A stretch of 64,000 nucleotides of DNA from NCBI GenBank assembly GCA_027604505.1, contig JADIIX010000059.1, positions 62,001 through 126,000 on the forward strand. The letters run 5' to 3'. How positions within the stretch are numbered: the stretch's first letter is position 1; each line of letters opens with the position of its first letter. This stretch comes from Gonapodya sp. JEL0774. Its lineage: Eukaryota. A program made the translations under genes and the position numbers. Of this stretch, positions 1-12,047 are shown in pieces. Under the pieces are notes generated by a model. The model was not told where the DNA came from. It was given only the letters and a program-made list of their open reading frames with translations, and made no database searches.

Positions 1-65
1 CACCCACCTACGTGTCGGCCCCTTTGCCCTGCTCACATTCGCGACATCACCAGATTTGTCCGCTA

Positions 66-3000
66 ATGCTCCGCAACGCCGCGCTCCGTCTCGCGGCCGC
101 GCGAACATTTACCCATCCTTCATTGTCCCGCCGAGTGACACCGCTAGCTCTTGTCTCGATCCAGGATCATGGCCTGCGACTGGCGACGACACTGCGTGTA
201 CGGCGAGGACGGCGACACGGGACCTCGTTGACCGAAGATTCCGCTGAGAGCGATACACTGCTTGCGATCGAGGCGATCATTGAACCGCAGGAGCAAGTTG
301 GGGTTTCATCACCGTCTTCACCATTCTCGCATCCAGACACCGAGCTCCCTACAGAATACCCCATACCCCTCTCTACCAAAACCGCTTCCGTTCTTTCGAA
401 TAAGCTCGGTATAAAGACTCTGTTTCCCGTCCAGATTGAAAGTTTCGGACCGATTGTGGAAGGAAAAGATGTTATTGCTCGAGCAAGTGCGTTGTCAGGT
501 TAATTCTTCACTCGGGTTCCCATTTCATGCCTCTAACACGTTTTCCTTTTCGTCTTACTCTCTCTTCTCGAAACAGAAACCGGCACCGGCAAAACACTCT
601 CGTTTGTCGTTCCCATTGTCGAGCGACTCATTCGGAAGGATGCGGAACGGGATAATGGGGCAGAACTTGAGGAACACTCGGAAATGCACAGAAGACACCA
701 TGTCCGCCATCAAGGACCTAGAGTACTTGTCTTAGCGCCGACGAGGTGTGTACCAAGTGTGTTTTATCAGAATCACGGAGGCAACGCGGAACACAACAAT
801 GTATCTGAGAAAGGAAGACGGCACAACCCCGTCACGAAATTCAATACCGTTTCTTGCTATACTGCTTGATTAAGTGGTTGCTCGACGCGAGAGCTTTTTT
901 CTCGTCACACCACCTACATGCTATCGGCTCCCTGTCTGATTTGGTCAACCCCTTCGCACACCCCACTCCTTGCCCTTCTCCTACGCAATCCTCACAGAGA
1001 GCTTGCTCGCCAAGTCGCCCGTGTCTTTGTCGATGTTACCGACTCGGATGTGCTCCTTGGCGACGGCGACACCTCGTCATGGGAGATGGTCAACTTTGGC
1101 TTTGGCGGCCGGCGCAACAAAAACAGAAGACCGGAGGAAACAAGGATGAGGGAAGATGGTTCATGTTATAAGACCTTGCTAGTATCGGGTGGTAAGCCGT
1201 TTGGTGGCCAGCGTGAGTTGGGGAGTGAAGGGTTTGCCGTGTGGTTTGGGTGGCCGTCAACATGAGGAGATGGAATTTCCGGCACAGAGCTGCATCAGTC
1301 AGCTGTGTGTCAATTCACACGAGATGAAAGTTCTTGGCAGACGTTACGTTGAGCGGACGTTTCAAGAGCGGGGATCGTGAATATGAGGCGTTTTGGGACA
1401 CATTGGTCTGGAATCAGTTGGTTCTGTGCTACAGTCTCCCTTTCATTCTATCATGTTGCACAATGAACTATATCTCCTCTCTTTAAATTCCCCCAACCCG
1501 TCTCCCCTCCCAACCACCCTGGCCCAAACCCTTTCCCCCCGAACACAAACACGCAAATACACGCTGCATCCCACCTTTGACTCCAGTCATGGCTCTCGAA
1601 CATCGACATCCTCCCGAAATCGTTGTCGGCACACCAGGGCGAGTACTGGACTTGATCAGAAGGGAAGCCCTCCGATTGGGAGATGTGGAGACATTTGTGC
1701 TTGATGAGGCAGACTATATGCTGGATATTGGGTGGGTTGTGGGGAATGGAACCATTGTGCGGTGAACCCCGCCCGCCTGCTTGTATTTACAAATCCCCGA
1801 CCAACCATCCCACCCACAGCTTCGCCGCCGAAATCGAGTCCATCTTTTCCAGCATCTCCGATCACCGCAGAAGGCACCCCTCCCACTCCAAAACCGCCAC
1901 CACCTCCGTCACGCAAACCCTCCTCTTCTCCGCCACCATGCCCTCGTGGATCACCAAGATCGCCTCGACGTACCTCCGACCCCCGTCTGCGGGCATGTGT
2001 GCCGTGCTGGACGTCACGCCCGACGGCGTGCGGTTCGCTGACAGCCTTGCCATCCTGCAGCGGGAGGATCGCGAGCACAAGGGGTCCCGGACGGCCGAGG
2101 GCATCTCTCACGTTGCGGCCGCGGTGCCTCACGTCGTCGGCGTGGAGGCGGGCCTGAACGGCGGGCGGTATGGAGAGCGGGCCGTGGACATGCTCGGAGT
2201 GAACCAGAGCGAGTGGATCAGGCGGGTGGTTGCGTGTGTGCCGTGGGCCGTGGAAAAGTACGGCCGCGGCACCTCGTCGGAGACACAGTCCTCCACGGAC
2301 CCGTCCGAGTCCCGCACCATTATTTTTACCGAACGCAAGACCTACGTGGACGCTGTGGTCGATTCTCTGTGGAGTTACTACAACAAGCAGCGGTCCGCAA
2401 GGTCCCGCGGCGGCCCCCCCCGCATTGTCGTAGCCGGGTTGCACGGGGACGTGAGGCAGGGTAAGCGGGACGAGATTATGAAAGCGTTTAGGGAAGGAAA
2501 GGTGAACGTGCTGGTGGCGACGGATGTAGCGGCACGGTGAGTAAGGGGACAGCCAGGAGGAGAACGTGGGATCTGAGGCGTTTTTGGTGTTTTCATCGGT
2601 GATGTTTGTCGGTGTGCACATATGCGGCCCCGGTTCTCCCGTTTTCGCGTTTGGAGCTCTCGTTGTGGGTTGTACATGGTACGGGGAGTGTGATTTAGGT
2701 GTGGCGTGTGTATGATGTCGAGCAGAGCCACTGACCCATCGTGCTCCTGTGGATCTTGTCTTTCCCTTTGGTTGTTTGTATATATCACCCATCTATCGAA
2801 ACTCTCTCGCTCTCCCACTGAAACCTATTTATCTACCGAAACATGCGCCAACCCACCAACCCCCCTCACCCCCCTTCACTCCTTTGTGCCCAAACACCCC
2901 CACCCCTCCCACAGCGGCCTGGACATCCCCTCGACCCACCTCGTCCTTCACACGCACCCTCCCAGCAATGCGGACTCCTTTGTCCACCGATCTGGCCGTA

Positions 3001-4670
3001 CTGCGCGAGCGCAGTCCACGGGGACGAGCGTGGTGTTTTACGAGCCCGGCGAGGAACGACACGGACTGCGTCGGGGGCCTCAAGCCACGAATGTCGCGGA
3101 GTGGGCGGTGGAGAGGTTGGAGAAGGAGGCTGGGGTGATTTTCGAGCGGAGGGTTGCGGGGTTCTCGGGAGCGGAGGAGGACGGAGCGGGACAAGCCGTG
3201 GACGGTGGTGATGTGAGCGTGCTGACGGGAAAGCCTGGGATGGCTGTGGTTGGTGTGGTGGGAGTGGAGGAAGGCAGGATGAGGATGGCGGTGGTGGAGG
3301 ACAGAGGGTTTCTCAAGCGGTTGGTGGAGGAGATTGGAAAGAAGGAGGGAGGGGCAGGGAAGAAAGCCGGACGGGCAGGGACAGTGCAGGGGCAGGCGGG
3401 CACCGGCGCGGACAATGGTGTGTGGGCGGCCACGGAGAGTGCTGCTTCGGGGAGCCAAGGGAAGGACGAAATGAAGGCTTATGCTGTCGTAGAGGCTGTG
3501 GATACGTCGTTGAGAGGGGTGGTTGTGGTTGAGGTGGGTTCCTTGTGGGGGCGCGTTGCTATCATTGCGCTTTTGTGGGGTGTGGTGTTGTATGGTGAGC
3601 GAGGCTAACGAGATGCGGCCCTTCGCGACGGACTTGCCACCGCTTTAGCCGACCACAAGCGACTCAGCCACACAAGAACCCAAGACGCCATCCGGCACGA
3701 GCACACCCACCAAGACGAGAACAAACACACGCAGAGGCACCCCAGGCGCCCTGTTTGACGTGCCCGTGGAGCATGTGGACGCCTTTTTGCGTGTTGCGCG
3801 GGATGTGTTGTCCTCGGTCTCGGCCGGGCCACGCGGCGCGAGAGAAGAAGAGAACGTCGAGGTGGTGGTGAAGCGGATGGAGGACAACGTGGTGCCCAGA
3901 ACGTGGCGTGTGGTGCATCGGATGGGGTCCGAGAGTCGGTCTGGAGGGTGGGCGAGGTCTGGAACGAGGTCGGGGTCAGGCGGGGGGTACGGGTACGGGA
4001 GGGTGCAGAGGTTTGGGGGCGGATACGGGGGTGGCGGTGGTGGGTTTGGGAACAGTAGAGGGGATCGGAACGGGTTTTCGGGCGGCAGAGGCGGGTTTGG
4101 GGACAGCAGAGGGGATCGGGGCGGGTTTGGGGACAGCAGAGGGGATCGAGGGGGGTTTGGTGACAGCAGAGGGGATCGGGGGGGATTTGGCGGCAGTAGA
4201 GGCAGTGGGGATAGTAGGGGAGGTGGGCATTTTTTGTTTTTTTATATTTCTTCTTGGTTTGCGTGTCGGAACGAGAGGTGACGTTTTTTATTTCACATTT
4301 TTTCACACAACCAACGGACGCACCACTACGATGCAACGCACGGGTGTTCCTTGCCACCACGAACGACACTTGGTATCCCACCACGACGAACGACACCTGC
4401 GATGCCACCACCACGAACGACACTCGCGATCCAACCACGACGAACGACACTTGCGAACGCACCCACCAACCACCAACCGCCACCCACCAACCCACCAAAC
4501 ACCACCACGCACACAACCATCGACCACGACCGACCTCCACTGCTGTACCACAACCCCAATTTCCCCCTTTTCCCTCCCTGTCCCTGGACCTATGTTCGCT
4601 CGTAGGATCCGGCGGCGGGTACGGGAGCCGGCCTGATCGAGGGCGAGGAGTAGGGAGTGGGCGATGGTAG
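66..4670 (+). CDS. DEAD-box RNA helicase, DDX21/DDX50 / plant RH3-RH9-like, with GUCT-like segment and C-terminal RGG tail; probable mitochondrial targeting peptide; about 8 exons
   Basis: Spliced motifs: Q-motif [73 protein letters not shown] (GUCT-like) and [10 protein letters not shown] repeats. Introns approx. 487-576, 746-997, 1213-1586, 1732-1819, 2537-2914, 3534-3648, 4223-4605. N-terminus [15 protein letters not shown] is Arg-rich and lacks acidic residues. Confidence 0.9.
4040..4220 (+). repeat. Coding 30-nt tandem repeat encoding ([10 protein letters not shown])n RGG tail
   Basis: About 5 degenerate copies of ggggatcggggcgggtttggggacagcaga. Confidence 0.85.
4350..4462. repeat. Intronic ~30-nt minisatellite (ccacGacgaacgacac core, 4 copies)
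   Basis: Repeated 'ccaccacgaacgacac / ccacgacgaacgacac' units in the last helicase intron. Confidence 0.75.
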
Positions 4671-5340
4671 TCGGGTTGGGGAGCGGGGCAGTTGGGGAGT
4701 GGTGGAGTGGGGGGGCAGTGCTGCTAGATGTAGGGGGAAGGTGGAGTGGGGGGGGAGTGCTGCTAGAGGTCCCCAGGGGCAAGTGAGGTTAGAGGTAGAG
4801 GAGCGTAATTTAGAGAGGGTACCCAGTGGGGGGGGGGGGAGGGGCGTTGCACCAACGTCTTGATGTAAATTGTTTTGCATTCAGCGGCCAACATTGATGG
4901 GCACGAGCCAGGGAAGCGGACTCACTCGAGAGTGGAGGGAAACAGAATGGGGGGTGTGGGGAAGCAGGCACGTGAAGGTGGGGGATGGCCCGTGCGTGTG
5001 ACCACGGGTTTAGCCAATGAAATGAGAAGACCATACAAGAAACAGGTGGCAGAGCAAGATCAGCCAATGAGGGAGAAGCAGACTGTGGCACGGTGACCGC
5101 GGCCACATCCTGGACAGGCACAGAAAGATGGAGACGCCAGCGACATAAGATGGAGACACCCACACACTCACACTCCCACTCCTCTCACGTGTCACACAAC
5201 TGCGCACTCTCCCGACTGCGCACCCAACACCACCTGCACCCTGCACTCCCTGCTCTCCCAATCTGCCACCTCCTGTCCTGTCGTCCTTCCGTCCTCCACT
5301 CAATCTCCTTCTGCCACCCCCCCCCACCCCCATTGAACCC

Positions 5341-8300
5341 ATGAAAATCTGCAAGAAGCTCGAAAAGGCTGCAAAGGACGACAGATGCTTCTGGTGCGTC
5401 CCCCTTTCTTATCTCTCCCGTCACCACCCTGTCGTCCCTTTGTTCGCCCCGCCGGGTAATGACGGCGGACGGCCGGTCAACTCCCCAATCGCGAGAGATT
5501 CCCCTCGCCCCAAATCCAGAACTCTTTCCCACCGAGGGCCCTTGAACGAGCCAGAATCTCAGAGTGTGTCGTTTCGGTGGTTTCCCACACACTCTGAGTC
5601 CCCTCTCCTTTCATCCCCAATGTTGCCCTTCCCCCTTCACTTTCTTTTCATGTGTATTTTATTTGGTTATTTTTATTTGGTTTGCGCATTTCGTCTTTTG
5701 GTCGTTTGGTGATGCCACGGTGTTACAACTTGCGTTGTCAAGTCCATTCATTCATTCGCTCACCAAATCACCCTCTACTCTACCGCCCCCAGGTCCTTCG
5801 AATACTTCCCCCCCAAAACCCCGCAGGGCGTCATCAACCTCTACGACCGTCTCGAACGCATGTACCAGCTCGGTCCCGAGTTCATCGACGTCACATGGGG
5901 GGCAGGCGGAAGTACCTCGGACGTCACCATGGAGATTTGTTCCACAGCTCAGGCTGTCTACGGCCTCGAGTGTTGTATGCACTTGACCTGTACCAATATG
6001 GCCAGGGATAAGGTCGATGAGGCGTTGAAGGTACGTGTCGCGCGCGAGCGTCTGTCCCGACCGGAGGCGAATTATATCGCTCGCCGAAGGCGAATTACGC
6101 CGAATTACCCGTCTCGCCGGAGGCGAATTATCCTTCTTGCCGAATGCGTCAGCGAGATGGTCCATTCACACACGAATGAGCCTTGGATTGTTCGTCACTT
6201 TGTGACCCAATGACCACATCACCCTTTCCACCCCCCCCAGGCCGCCAAACTCGCCGGCATCCAAAACATCCTCGCCCTTCGCGGTGACCCTCCTCGCGGG
6301 CAGCTCGAATGGACGACGGTGGACAGCGGCTTTTCGCACGCCATCGACCTGGTCAAGTACATTCGTGCACGGTACGGGGACTACTTTTGCATCGGCGTTG
6401 CGGGGTACCCCGAAGGCCACATTGACAATCCCGACAAGGACGCCGACTTCGCCAACTTCGTGGCCAAGTGCAACGCCGGTGCGGATTACATCGTCACCCA
6501 GCTGTTTTACGACACGCACAACTTCGTGGCCTGGGAACGCCGCGTGCGAGCCGCCGGGGTCACCATCCCAATCTTGCCCGGCATCATGCCCATCCAGTCC
6601 TACGCCGGGTTCGCCCGCATGACCTCGCTGTGCAAAACCCTGGTCCCCGCGCACGTCCACGAGGCCCTCGAGCCCATCAAGGAGGATGACGCGGCCGTGA
6701 AGGAGTACGGGGTCAAGCTGGCCGTGGACATGTGCAACGAGTTGAAAGCGCAGGGGTTCAGGGGGTTCCATTTTTACACGTTGAATTTGGAAAAGAGCGT
6801 CAGGTTGATCCTCGAGGGGCTGGGGTTCGTGGCGCCCGTCGAGGTGGCTAAGCCCTTGCCCTGGAATCCGGTGGGTGGATGGGCTAGATGGGGGAGAGGG
6901 GGTTTGGATGGGTGGGGGTGTCGCGGGGTTGTGGCGGTGGAGTGTGAGGACATTGGGGTTCATGGACCCGGAAGCTTGATACGGCACGTCCGAGTGTTTG
7001 CGCACGGTCAGAAATCGGTTTGCCCCCGCCCACACACACACACACACACGGAACGTCACCCTGAGCGGGAGTCGCGAATACGGGACAATTTAGGCGTTTG
7101 GTCGGGTCACTTTGAGTTGGTTTGCATCCCCCCCGACCCCGCTGCGCGACTGCACGACTGTGCGACTGTGTGAACTCGTGACTCGAAGACACGGTTGTCG
7201 GCTCGAAACGCGAAACCCGAATCTCACCACCCCTTGTCCCACCTCCCACCTCCCACCTCCCCAAGTCCCTCGCCGAAAAGCGCAAAGACGAGACCGTTCG
7301 GCCCATCTTTTGGAAGAACCGCACGCGTTCCTACATTCTCCGCACCGAGTCGTGGGACGATTTCCCAAACGGAAGGTGGGGGGACTCGAGGTCGCCGGCC
7401 TATGGGAATTTGGACGGGTACGGGGTGTCGTTGAAGTATACGGTGGGTAAAGGGGGGGGGTGGGTGGTCGTTGGTGCCGTTTGCAAGGGCTTTGTGAATC
7501 CGACCACATGTACCTCCCACTCACTACTCGTGCCACTCCACCGCCCCTCCCTTAGAAAAAAGAAGCCCTCGAGATGTGGAAAGAGCCCACCAAAATCTCC
7601 GACATCTGCGCCCTCTTCGCCAAGTACGTCTCGAACCAACTGCCAGCCCTGCCCTGGTCCGACGCCCCCCTGGCTCACGAGTCGGACGCCATCCGGGACA
7701 AGCTTGCCCAAGTGAACCACCAGGGGTTCCTCACCATCAACTCGCAGCCCGCCGTCGACGGCGTCAGGAGCGACGACCCCATGTTTGGCTGGGGCCCCCG
7801 AAACGGCTACGTGTACCAAAAGGCATACCTCGAGTTCTTTGTGTGTCCTAATGTGCTCGACGAGCTCATTAAGAAGATGAAGGCCGTGGATGGGATCACG
7901 TATTATGCGGTGAACAAGGATGTGAGTTGGAATGAGAGAAGGTGGGGGGTATGCGAGTTGGTGTTGAGGAATGGGTTCGAGCTTGGGGTATAGTGTTTGT
8001 GTGTTGGTTTGGGTAGTGTACAAGATACCGTCCGCTGTTAAGCGAGTAAGGGTTGTGTCAAACTACTCATCCTGCCTGTACTTGTTCTTCCCTCGCGACT
8101 CCACCTCTCCATTCTGCCCACCCCCCCCACCCCCCCCACCGACCCCCTCCACCTATACACAAAAACTTTATTCTCCCAGGGTGACCTGCGTACCAACACC
8201 TTGTCCGAAGGCGCCAACGCTGTCACCTGGGGAGTTTTCCCCGGCCGGGAAGTCCTCCAACCGACCATTGTCGAGTCGCAGTCCTTCTTGGCCTGGAAGG

Positions 8301-8479
8301 ACGAGGCCTACGACCTGTGGTGCAAGTGGCGGGACATTTACCCCAAGGGTGGGGAATCCCAGCGGGTGATCCAGACGGTCTACGATACCTGGTTTTTGGT
8401 CAACATCGTGGACAACGATTACAAGCGCAAGGACGGCATCTTTGAGCTGTTGGGAGGGCTGCAGTGTGCGGACTCGTAG
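5341..8479 (+). CDS. MET13: Methylenetetrahydrofolate reductase (eukaryotic type, catalytic plus C-terminal regulatory domain), 6 exons
   Basis: [139 protein letters not shown]. Introns approx. 5394-5792, 6031-6240, 6871-7265, 7443-7555, 7922-8178. Confidence 0.95.
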
Positions 8480-9026
8480 AGTTGGTTGTAGGATGGTGGG
8501 ACGAGTCCCGGGATTCATTCGTATTCGGGGAGGAGAGAGGTGGAGATCCCTCGTGTACAAAATCATCTTGTGTTTTTGCGTTTGTGTGTGCATGAGGTTG
8601 TTGGTGGTTGGTGGCTCGAGAACTCTGGCTTTTGCACGTGTCTGCATGATACACTTGTCCTGCAGGTACTACTCTCCTCCCTCCCTACGCGGATAGGACG
8701 TAGAAAAATGCATTTTACTGCCCCCCTTTATCCGAGCGAATGTTTTGGGACGTGTGCACCTTCTGCGAGTCGTGGGAGGATGATCGCGTGTTGTTTTTAT
8801 TAAAATATATCACAAAGATCGAAAGCAATCGTCTGACTTTCGAAATGCCAAAAAGCAATGTGTTACAATATTTATGTATATGTAGGTTTGCAGTAATTTC
8901 AGGTTGTAGAGATATGGTTATCGAGATTTGACTGATGATGGTTTCGTGGACCCAAACACTCCTGCTGTACAGACACACACACGAAGCAACGAGCACGAGC
9001 CACGAGGCACACAACAACATCGCAGT

Positions 9027-10220
9027 TCAGATGGGTTGACTCGCAAACTCCTGACTTTGGTAGTCCTCCTCCTTGAGTGTTGTCGGCCGTTTCACCCGGG
9101 TTGGATTCCTCCGTCCTGGTTGTGGACCGCCTCCGCCCGGTGTCCGCCTCTGTCGCAGTTCCCGACCGAGTCGTACACCGTTGTTGAACACGCGGTCATG
9201 GATCGTATCGGACCCGTTTTCATCATCCGAGATCGCGTACTCAGAGTCTGAGTCCGACGACAGGGACCGCTTGCGGGCTAGGGTGTTGTTGGGTGCATTG
9301 CGGAGAGGGGACGGGGAGTAGGGTGCGGGTTGGCCTTGGTGGGGGTTCACTTGGGTGGGGGTGATGCTCCGAGGTGCTAATATTGCTGCACCAAGGGGAG
9401 ATCTAGGAGCGGGTGTTCTGGCGACGAAGGACTCTTGATGGTGGTAGTATGGTAGTCGCTTGGGCAAAGGAGGTGTACCTCTTGGAATGTCATCATCCGC
9501 TATTGCACAAAACGTGGTCATCACCAAGGTCTTGTGGTTCTTGCGGTTCCGGACGCACAATCATACTCACAGGTGGGACCTGTACTGTCGTCCACATCCA
9601 TATCGGTGTCGTCCGACTTGCACCTGAAGCTGAGATCGTCACCGATGCTCTCCCGCACATCCGTGCCACCGTCCACGACTTGATCGGGTTGGGAATAATA
9701 GTCGACTCCGAGCGAGTCGTTGAACTGCGGAGGGGACTCTCCCCAGAAACAGTGAGGAGGAGCAGCTCCTGGAGGGAACTCTTGGCTGCCTCGAGCAGGC
9801 TGGAACGGCGAGTGTCGATACGGTGACAGTCCATGCGGCATGAGTGGCTGTTGTTGAGTAGGGGTGAAGGACCGATCCGATGGGTTGCCAACTAGCGGAG
9901 TTGCCGGAGACACCAACGCTGGCGTTCCCCACGGTGGGGTGTAACCGGCCTCTGACCCCGGAGACGTGGCAGAAGGTGGTGATGCTACAGCAGGAGATGG
10001 GACTGGCTGGATGGGATTGGCAGGAGGGGCGCGAATGGGGGAGCGGGATGAGGGTCCCATGATGGCATATGAGGAGTCCGAGGACGAGGAATAAGTGTCT
10101 GAAGACAACCAGGCAACGAATAAATAAGAGAGTGAGCAAAAGTACACAAATGAGGAACAGGATGTTGCAAGGAAGTAAAATCATTCATCACTGACCTTGC
10201 GTCCCTATGACGGGCTCCAT
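9027..10220 (-). CDS. Hypothetical Ser/Pro-rich, largely disordered protein (3 exons)
   Basis: ATG at 10220 (MEPVIGTQ) is followed by a GT donor that splices in frame into ORF 9521-10147. A second intron (~9570-9500) joins ORF 9027-9560 in frame. No recognisable domain. Confidence 0.55.
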
Positions 10221-10323
10221 GTGCTCCGCACTTGGTGGCGCCCACCGAGAAATAGGTACAACGAGTTTATTATTGCAACATTCGCAACCGAAACCAAAAC
10301 AGAAAGAAAGTCGATCCTTCGAC

Positions 10324-11695
10324 TCACGCCAACACTGCAATGATATTTGCAACTTCGTCCATTTTTGGCCGTGCGTGGGGATCCTTCACCGAGCAGCGCA
10401 GTAGGATGTCCCTCAAGGGCTTGGGCATTTCAGTGCAGTTGACGAGGAATTTACGCTCACAGGCAGTAATAGCACCATGAAGATCGTATCCTTCAACCAG
10501 ATGGGAGTAGGGGGAGTCCGACGTGTAAATTTCGTAGGCAGTAAGAGCAAAGGAGTACACATCCATTTCTTTGGTAACTCGCAAATGCCGGTTCATGACA
10601 CGCTCAGGGGCCATATACCTTCACCATTACGCATCACCAGGTAAACAACATGCAAGGGATCCACGAAATCTTTATGTGCGACCACGTACCGGTCTGTTCC
10701 AGGACGAACCCCGCCGGTGGAGGGACGATCAGGGAGAGTGAAGCGAGACGCACCAAAGTCTGAGATGACGGCTTCCCCACCACCATTCACCAAGATGCTA
10801 TGTTGATTAAATGAAGTGATAGTGACCTTGTTAGACCAAAGCAGCTTGATCAACGAATTGTCCCGCCGGGCGCCACGAACGAAATCCGTATTGGCACAAT
10901 ACATCGACAACCACAGTTCGCATTTTTTCGCTCCTTCGAGATTCCTCACTCTACATTCTCCAAGCCAATAGACACTTACTTGAGTGGTTTCAAATCTGAG
11001 TGAATGAAGTCTTCCGAGTGAAGATAGTGGAGACCCGCAGCAACATTATATATCTACGCAGTTCACCGGTACGAGTGATTGGGGTTTTCCAATTCAGGCA
11101 GGAAAGCAAGAATCGGATGGTATGGAGTACCAAGCGAGATAGGCCACTCACAAGGGTCATCCTGTTTACAGCAGCATTCTGCTTGAGATACCTCCTCACA
11201 TTTCCATTTATCATGAGTGGTGATACCATGAATCGTGCTGTGTCATCCTGAGCAACCCCGAGCAGCGGAAGAATATTTGGGTGGTTGAGATGGGACCACT
11301 TGAGAACCTCACGCTCGAACGCCTTGAGCGTTGAATGGTACATGGTTCAGACACAATCATAGAAGATATGACGATTTTTCACATGAATTAGCAGGAAAAG
11401 GGGCAGGTGTTTGTGTGTGACTGATGTGCGGAACCTCCCAACTTCCAAACAACGTTACACTCACATCTGCAACTTTCGCCCTAGAAGTTGAGGTCTCAAG
11501 CTTTTTGATCGCAACTCTCGCGTGCATCCAACTCCCGGCGAACACAGACCCGAAGCCCCCTTGGCCCAGAAGCGTGTCGGATACAATGAGGTCCCCCATT
11601 CGAATGCTCCGAATTCTGGGGGCCTGTGCGTCCAGGGTCGACAAAAAGGACTCCCCAGGAGCAGCTCCGCGCTGACGAGGAGCTCCTGCAAGCAT
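10324..11695 (-). CDS. Protein kinase, TKL-like, non-RD (HSDLK); 5' end uncertain
   Basis: GQGGFGSV, VAIK, FEREVLKWSHLNHPNILPLLG, HSDLKPLN, ISDFG, GTDRYMAPE and DVYSFA across spliced exons. Confidence 0.88.
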
Positions 11696-12047
11696 TGTTA
11701 CAGCTTCTTAGAGAAACGGTCGACGGAGTGCTGGAAGGATCGGATGCTGCGCCACCGCGAGCTCCTGGCCCGTGCGGGTCCTCCAAACATCTGTGCGTCC
11801 ATTCTGTACACGATTCATCTCCCTGGAGACAACAGAGAGCATATAGAGAATACATAATACACAATACAAAAAAGGTTTATAGAGTAGAATGGCAAATTAG
11901 TATCCGGCAATCCGCCAAAGCCCGCACATCTTGTCCCATCAGCACTCTGTGAGATGCAATAGACATGATAATGAAATTAATGCTGACAGGGTTGCGGACA
12001 CGTGATCCTAGTTGAAGTGCGGCGAGCATTGAAATCGTCCGTAGTCT

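Noticed and set aside
1656..2792. Long antisense ORFs (also 6166-7059, 3605-4540, 29810-30487, 40048-40779)
   Set aside because: Shadows of GC-rich or repetitive coding sequence on the opposite strand
4350..4462. Regularly spaced repeats resembling a CRISPR array
   Set aside because: Degenerate tandem minisatellite without unique spacers, inside a spliceosomal intron, with no cas genes
4690..4770. Direct duplication gtggagtgggggg..gtgctgctaga and G-runs (possible G-quadruplex)
   Set aside because: Part of the general G-rich skew after the gene end; no independent evidence of function
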